A stretch of 64,000 nucleotides of DNA, from NCBI RefSeq assembly GCF_009914755.1, contig NC_060925.1; one strand, given 5' to 3'. Below the pieces are notes generated by a model that was not told where the DNA came from, did no database searches, and was given only the letters and a program-made list of their open reading frames with translations. Positions 59,255 through 64,000 of the stretch are shown here, in pieces. The DNA is from the human T2T-CHM13v2.0 reference genome, Homo sapiens. Position 1 is the first letter of the stretch, and each line of letters begins with the position of its first letter. The position numbers and the translations under genes were made by a program.

Positions 59255-59519
59255 AACAACACCACACATATACCTTTAAAGGCAGATACTGACGAATTAA
59301 CTTTTATATTCCTAATATAAGAGAATGACTTTTAAATGGCACAAATAATATGTCAGTAGAAGAAATAAAATGGAATAAAGAAGTAGTTCAAAGTGACATC
59401 CCCTCAAAGATTATCCTGTTATCCTTCTCTCCACTGCCCTGATCACTTGTCTCCTTCTAGAGACTCTTAAAATATTTGGCATATCATTTTTTATCACACG
59501 GAAAGTCGTACAGAATCTT

Positions 59520-59750
59520 GGCAGCAAGAATGGGCACTGGAGTCAGACCCGGGTTCTGATGCTAGGTCTGCCTCTTATTAGTTGTGAGATGGGTTTCAGT
59601 CCACTGAGCCTCAGTTTTCTCATCTGCACAGCAGACTGGTGCCTACCTACCTCAGCAATTTATTGTGAAGATTGAATGAGGTCATCCATGTACATTTTTA
59701 GCTCAAGAACCAGAATATTATAAGTACTCATAAATACAGGTTATTTTACT
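59520..59750 (+). mobile_element. MIR
   Basis: ggcactggagtcagacccgggttc...ctgagcctcagtttttctcatctg. Confidence 0.75.
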
Positions 59751-59780
59751 GGTTGCACTTATGAGATTGTTTCAAAATTA

Positions 59781-60081
59781 TTTATTTTTCATTTTTTATT
59801 TTTTGAGACAGAGTCTTGCTCTGTTGTCCAGGCTGGAGTGAAGTGGCATAATCATGGCTCACTGCAGCCTCAACCTCCCAGGTTCAAGCGATCATCCCAC
59901 CTCAGCCTCCAAAGTAGCCTCCCAAGTAGCACCACCACACTTAGCTAATGTTTGAATTTTTTGTAGAGATGGAGTCTCCCTATGTTGTCCAGGGTGGTCT
60001 TGAATGCCTGAGCTCAAGCGATCTGCCCACCTCGGCCTCCCAAAGTGCTGGGGTTACAGGTGTGAGCCACCACACTCAGCC
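59781..60081 (-). mobile_element. AluJ
   Basis: ataatcatggctcactgcagcctcaacctcc; TSD aaattattt. Confidence 0.92.
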
Positions 60082-62309
60082 CCAAATTATTTTTTATATG
60101 TCTGTCTCTCCTGCATCCCCCATTAGAATGCACTGTCATTGGCAGCAGGCACTGGTATTATTTACAGTTTTACTTTTATCTTCTAGAAGATTTGTAGGAT
60201 CATAGTAGGTATTTCAGTTAATGCTTTTCAGAAAGTGAAACAAGTGACTGAAGGCCTCAGGTATTGTTCCAGTTCATCAAGCGCATAGGCTATAGGAGCT
60301 TGGGTTCAATGGAATTTTTCCGATTACTTCATGATTCTCATTTACATGTCACATCTTTGCAATTGCCACTGCTTTTTCTGATAAGACAGGTATTTATCCT
60401 CTCTTCCTCCCTGGATGTTTCAAATTTTATAGTAACTATCTCAGTCTCATTCATAGCCTTTCTTCACCTAAGGTAGAAACACCATGGTTTGGACCACTCA
60501 AAGTACTTCCAAAACTGCTAGTTCAAGGAAAGAAAGAATGGGAAAATCTGTGACCTTGAAGATCTTGTCCTAAATATGAGCACCTGGTATAGAATTGAAA
60601 TCTGCAGGTTCCAAATGTACATCCTATAAAACAAGATGCCTACAGCCAGCACAGGAAGGCACATGCCAGTGGTCAGCCTTGCAAGGAAAAGGCTTCCCTG
60701 GCGCTTCACCAGATTGAGTTCTCTATTCTGGAAGCACTTTAAGGAGGGCCTTTCAGAGGGCACTCCTAGGTGCTGAATGAGCAAGGTTTTCAAAATTCTT
60801 TCAGCAAGTGAGTCTAGAGTTGTCACCTGTCTTGAATTCCTGAAGCCACTCAAGTAGCCTTTGTGCCTTAAGCACACCTTACTTCCCTGCTCCTTAGAAG
60901 ATTTACCAGCTCTGGCTCTTCAATTCTCTCTATTAATGAAGGCACATCACTGCCCAGAGGGACTGCAACATTTAACCAGTGAGAATTCTCTCTTTCAGCA
61001 GAGAATGCTGCAAACTTTTTAAAAAGATGGGCGTTCGTAAATACTTCTTTGATGTGTTAGCGGGATGAATGTGTCTGTGTAGATCTTTGAACAATATAAC
61101 TAAATTCACATATTTATTATAGTATACTTTGGCATGAGAATTAAGCAAAAATGAAGAAAAAAATTTTAAGTCTTACATGCTAGGCTTGATGTCCCAAATG
61201 GGGAGAAAAAGCTGACTCTTACTTTGAAGGCTGAAGGGCAGAGGAGTTACTAGCGTGTATTTCAGCCCCTCCCATGAGATGAACTGCAGTAACTTGCATG
61301 GTTTGAGTTAAGGGAAATCATCCTCTTTGTGTGTGGGTGCCGTCCTAGGGAGGAGAAGACAAGAAAGTGGATGTGTTAGGCTGTAAATCTTTAAGGGATG
61401 TGTAGGTTCTGTGCAGGCACTTTCCTGCAATTACACAATACAACACTAAGAATGCAGCCACAGGCTGTGGTCACAACGCAGTGAGCTGGCCAGTTGGGTG
61501 ACATCAGCTTGTCATCACCAGGGTAGATTTACAGCTAGAAGCAGATTGTGGTTTATTCTTCCTGGTTTTGCAAGAGGGATTCTGATGACTAGACAGCACA
61601 GAGCAACAAACTCACAGCTCTACTGGCCCTGTGCTAACTCCCCACTGTGAACAGGACAGCAGGCAGCAGCTAGACAGCTGAACAAGATTCATAAGAAGCC
61701 AAGAAAATCAAAACATACACCTTGAGAAGCCAGAGGAGGAAATCTAAGTAATCCATAGGCTCAGTCTAAAAGCCTTGCTTCTCCCCGTACTCCCTTCCCC
61801 CACCACTATGAGTCAGCATCTCTCTAGAATAATAAAACGCCACCCAACCCCTGCATCCAAGCTAAGAGTTTATTTCTCAAAAAAACAGTTTTCCATCTCG
61901 GAAGCTCTCAAATGAATTCAGTCAATATGTGCTGAGTAATTATTACGAGCCTGCCTCTTGTAAGATGTTGTGTAAGGTAGGAAAGAAAGAAATACAGCAG
62001 TGGTCTCACCACTGAGGCATTTCCGGTCTTCCTGGGAACACAGACGCACTAGAGGTGTGTGTTCTTTGTTTTCAGGCATAGTGCAGAGCTTGTGAAATTC
62101 TTTCCCTGAACCATCCTGGGTGGCAGCTGAGAGTGCAAATGTATCCCTGAAAGCCCAGAAAATGTGTTTTGCCTATGCAGTGGCTGCATGGAACTTCTGC
62201 AAACCAGTCTTTACTCCTGAGCCTGTGCAGACTCGAATAGCACTGAGTTCAAGTCAGCCTCTGTAAGTGACTTAGGATATGCTAATGAACAGTCATTGTA
62301 AGAGAGCAA

Positions 62310-62915
62310 TATTCAACATTCCGGAGTTTTATTTCATATCTACTCTGTGCCTGACTGTGTTCTGCAAATTGGGGTTCTATCAGTAACCAAAAGAGACAAA
62401 GATCTTTTCCTTCAAGGAACTTAATAATAGTGGGAGATACAATAATATAATAAACAATTATAAAGTGTGTTATAAGATGATGACGGCTATGACAAAAAGG
62501 TAAAAAGTAGTGCAAGTACTTAAAAGGGTGAAAGGATTGGAAACCTGGGGTGAACGGTGAAGTAGGGTAAAATTACAATATGAAACTGGGTGGGTCAGGG
62601 CAAACCTGACTGAAAAGGTGAGATCTGAGCAAAGGCTCAAAAAAGGATCGAGTCCAGTGGATATCAAGGGAGGAACATTTAAAGACAAAGGAAACAGAGC
62701 GTGGAGTCTCCAGTGGCAGCACATCTGGCATAGTGGAGGAACTGCAAGTCTACCTGGGTTGGGCATGAGGAAGAACAGAAGAGGAGGTCAGAGCAAGAAC
62801 GGAGACCAGTTGGTGCTGGGCCAGTGTCATGGGTTTGCCTTTTACTCTGTATGAAGTGGTGAGTCATTACAGGGTTTTGGGCAGAGAAGGTACAAAATAT
62901 GGCTTGTGATTTGAA
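62310..62915 (-). mobile_element. L2 fragment
   Basis: atctactctgtgcctgactgtgttctgc...tcagggcaaacctgactgaaaaggtgagatctgagcaaagg...agggttttgggcagagaag. Confidence 0.75.
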
Positions 62916-62929
62916 AGAAAGACTTCAGA

Positions 62930-64000
62930 GACGTTTGGTTTCTGCTGTGGCATGTAAAAAGCTTGGAAGTTATTTTTACAAGAAGAAGAAGCTGGATAAA
63001 CAGAAAACTGATGGCTCGTCTCAACCCATCAGATCACTGATATTGCAGCGGTCACAGAAAACTCTGGACTACGGAGCGACAGGCGCATCCAGAAAGTCAC
63101 AATGCAGATTAGCTTCTGTGGGGCAAAAGGTGCTGTGGCCATAAACTCCTAGGAACATTTAAATGATAATTTTCATGAAGTTATACAGGCTGAGGGTGGC
63201 CTACCATGAGATTAAGAAACTCACAGGCACCACGGTCTTAGGGAAGGGCCTACACTTTCAGGGGTTTTACTTCCAGAAACCCCACTAGGTTCTCATGGTG
63301 AAGATCAAGAAACATCCCCTCACGGCTCTGGTAGAAGGTGGGGAAGATTAAACAATGCAAAACACACAGGCTTATCCTCCAGAGCACAGCACTGCACAGG
63401 AGCCGATCCCACGTGGGAGAAAGAACTTCCTTCCCTACCAGTTTACTCCAGTTTATCTCACTGGAAAGAGGAAGGGAGGAAGAAACATAGTCATTGGGTG
63501 TCAGGGCTTCAGGGAAATAGATTGAGACTACTACAACCAGGGAAGGAAGTCGAGGGCATTAAAAAAAAAAAGTTTACCACTTTGGAAACATTTGTGAAGG
63601 TTACAGCCCGGAGACACAGGCCCAATTAAAAACAGATTTAATTGGAAGATAATAGAATGCTCCCCCTACCCCACACCTTACCAGCACACCAACAGGAACT
63701 CAATATAATAACACTAGATCCCAGATAATAGCGCTACAAGACATAAACCGTTTCCGAAGAGAAGCTTTAAGGGAAACCGAAAGTCAAGATGAGACAAAAA
63801 CAAGGACACTAGAAAAATCTAAAGCCTCTGAGACCCACAGCTAAAGGCTAAAGCAACGTTAAACATGGCCTAACTCTTAGAGTAACATAAATTCTCAAAT
63901 TAAATGCTTTCTTACCTCAGTTCCTGTCACCTGATACAACAGGTTCAACTTTGAACAATAGATTAAGGGCATAGCAAAAGGCAGGAAAAAATGTAGTTTA
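62930..64000 (+). mobile_element. Old L1M 5'UTR (continues past the window)
   Basis: Similar in organisation to the L1M 5' ends at ~13860 and ~55980 (ggtttctgct...gtaaaaagct..., caaggacactaga...ggcatagcaaaaggcag). Confidence 0.55.

Larger units (their letters stand above)
55980..59390 (+). mobile_element. Old L1M 5'UTR-ORF1 region with MER41A and Alu insertions
   Basis: ORF1-like text (aaatatttgaataaataatagccaataaatttccaaa; aaatcttgaaggcagccaga; ccagcaaaaatatctttcaaaaat). Confidence 0.75.

Overview
Human (primate; contains an AluYa5) genomic DNA lying wholly inside a large minus-strand gene that I recognise from its translation as PCNX2 (pecanex 2, formerly PCNXL2; chr1q42.2 from recall). 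Four internal coding exons can be reconstructed with consistent splice phases: 44133-44241, 38439-38568, 5598-5656 and 2634-2849. Together they encode ...[44 protein letters not shown]...[48 protein letters not shown]...RGLEFRG. The intron 38569-44132 is a minor-spliceosome (U12-type GT-AG) intron. The rest is intronic and repeat-rich: about 20 Alus, nested old L1s, L2/MIR, solo LTRs (MER41A, LTR28-like, MLT1) and DNA-transposon MITEs. The most notable non-standard signals are a candidate intronic-polyadenylation terminal exon downstream of the U12 intron, a candidate poison exon at 61223-61344, a young AluYa5, an AT-rich ~100-bp quasi-palindrome, exact 42- and 73-bp tandem duplications, and two ~70-80-bp dispersed direct repeats. 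I see no convincing novel multi-gene system. Almost all ORFs in the track are repeat-derived or chance ORFs. Repeat family names come from recalled consensus sequences, and boundaries of old repeats are approximate.
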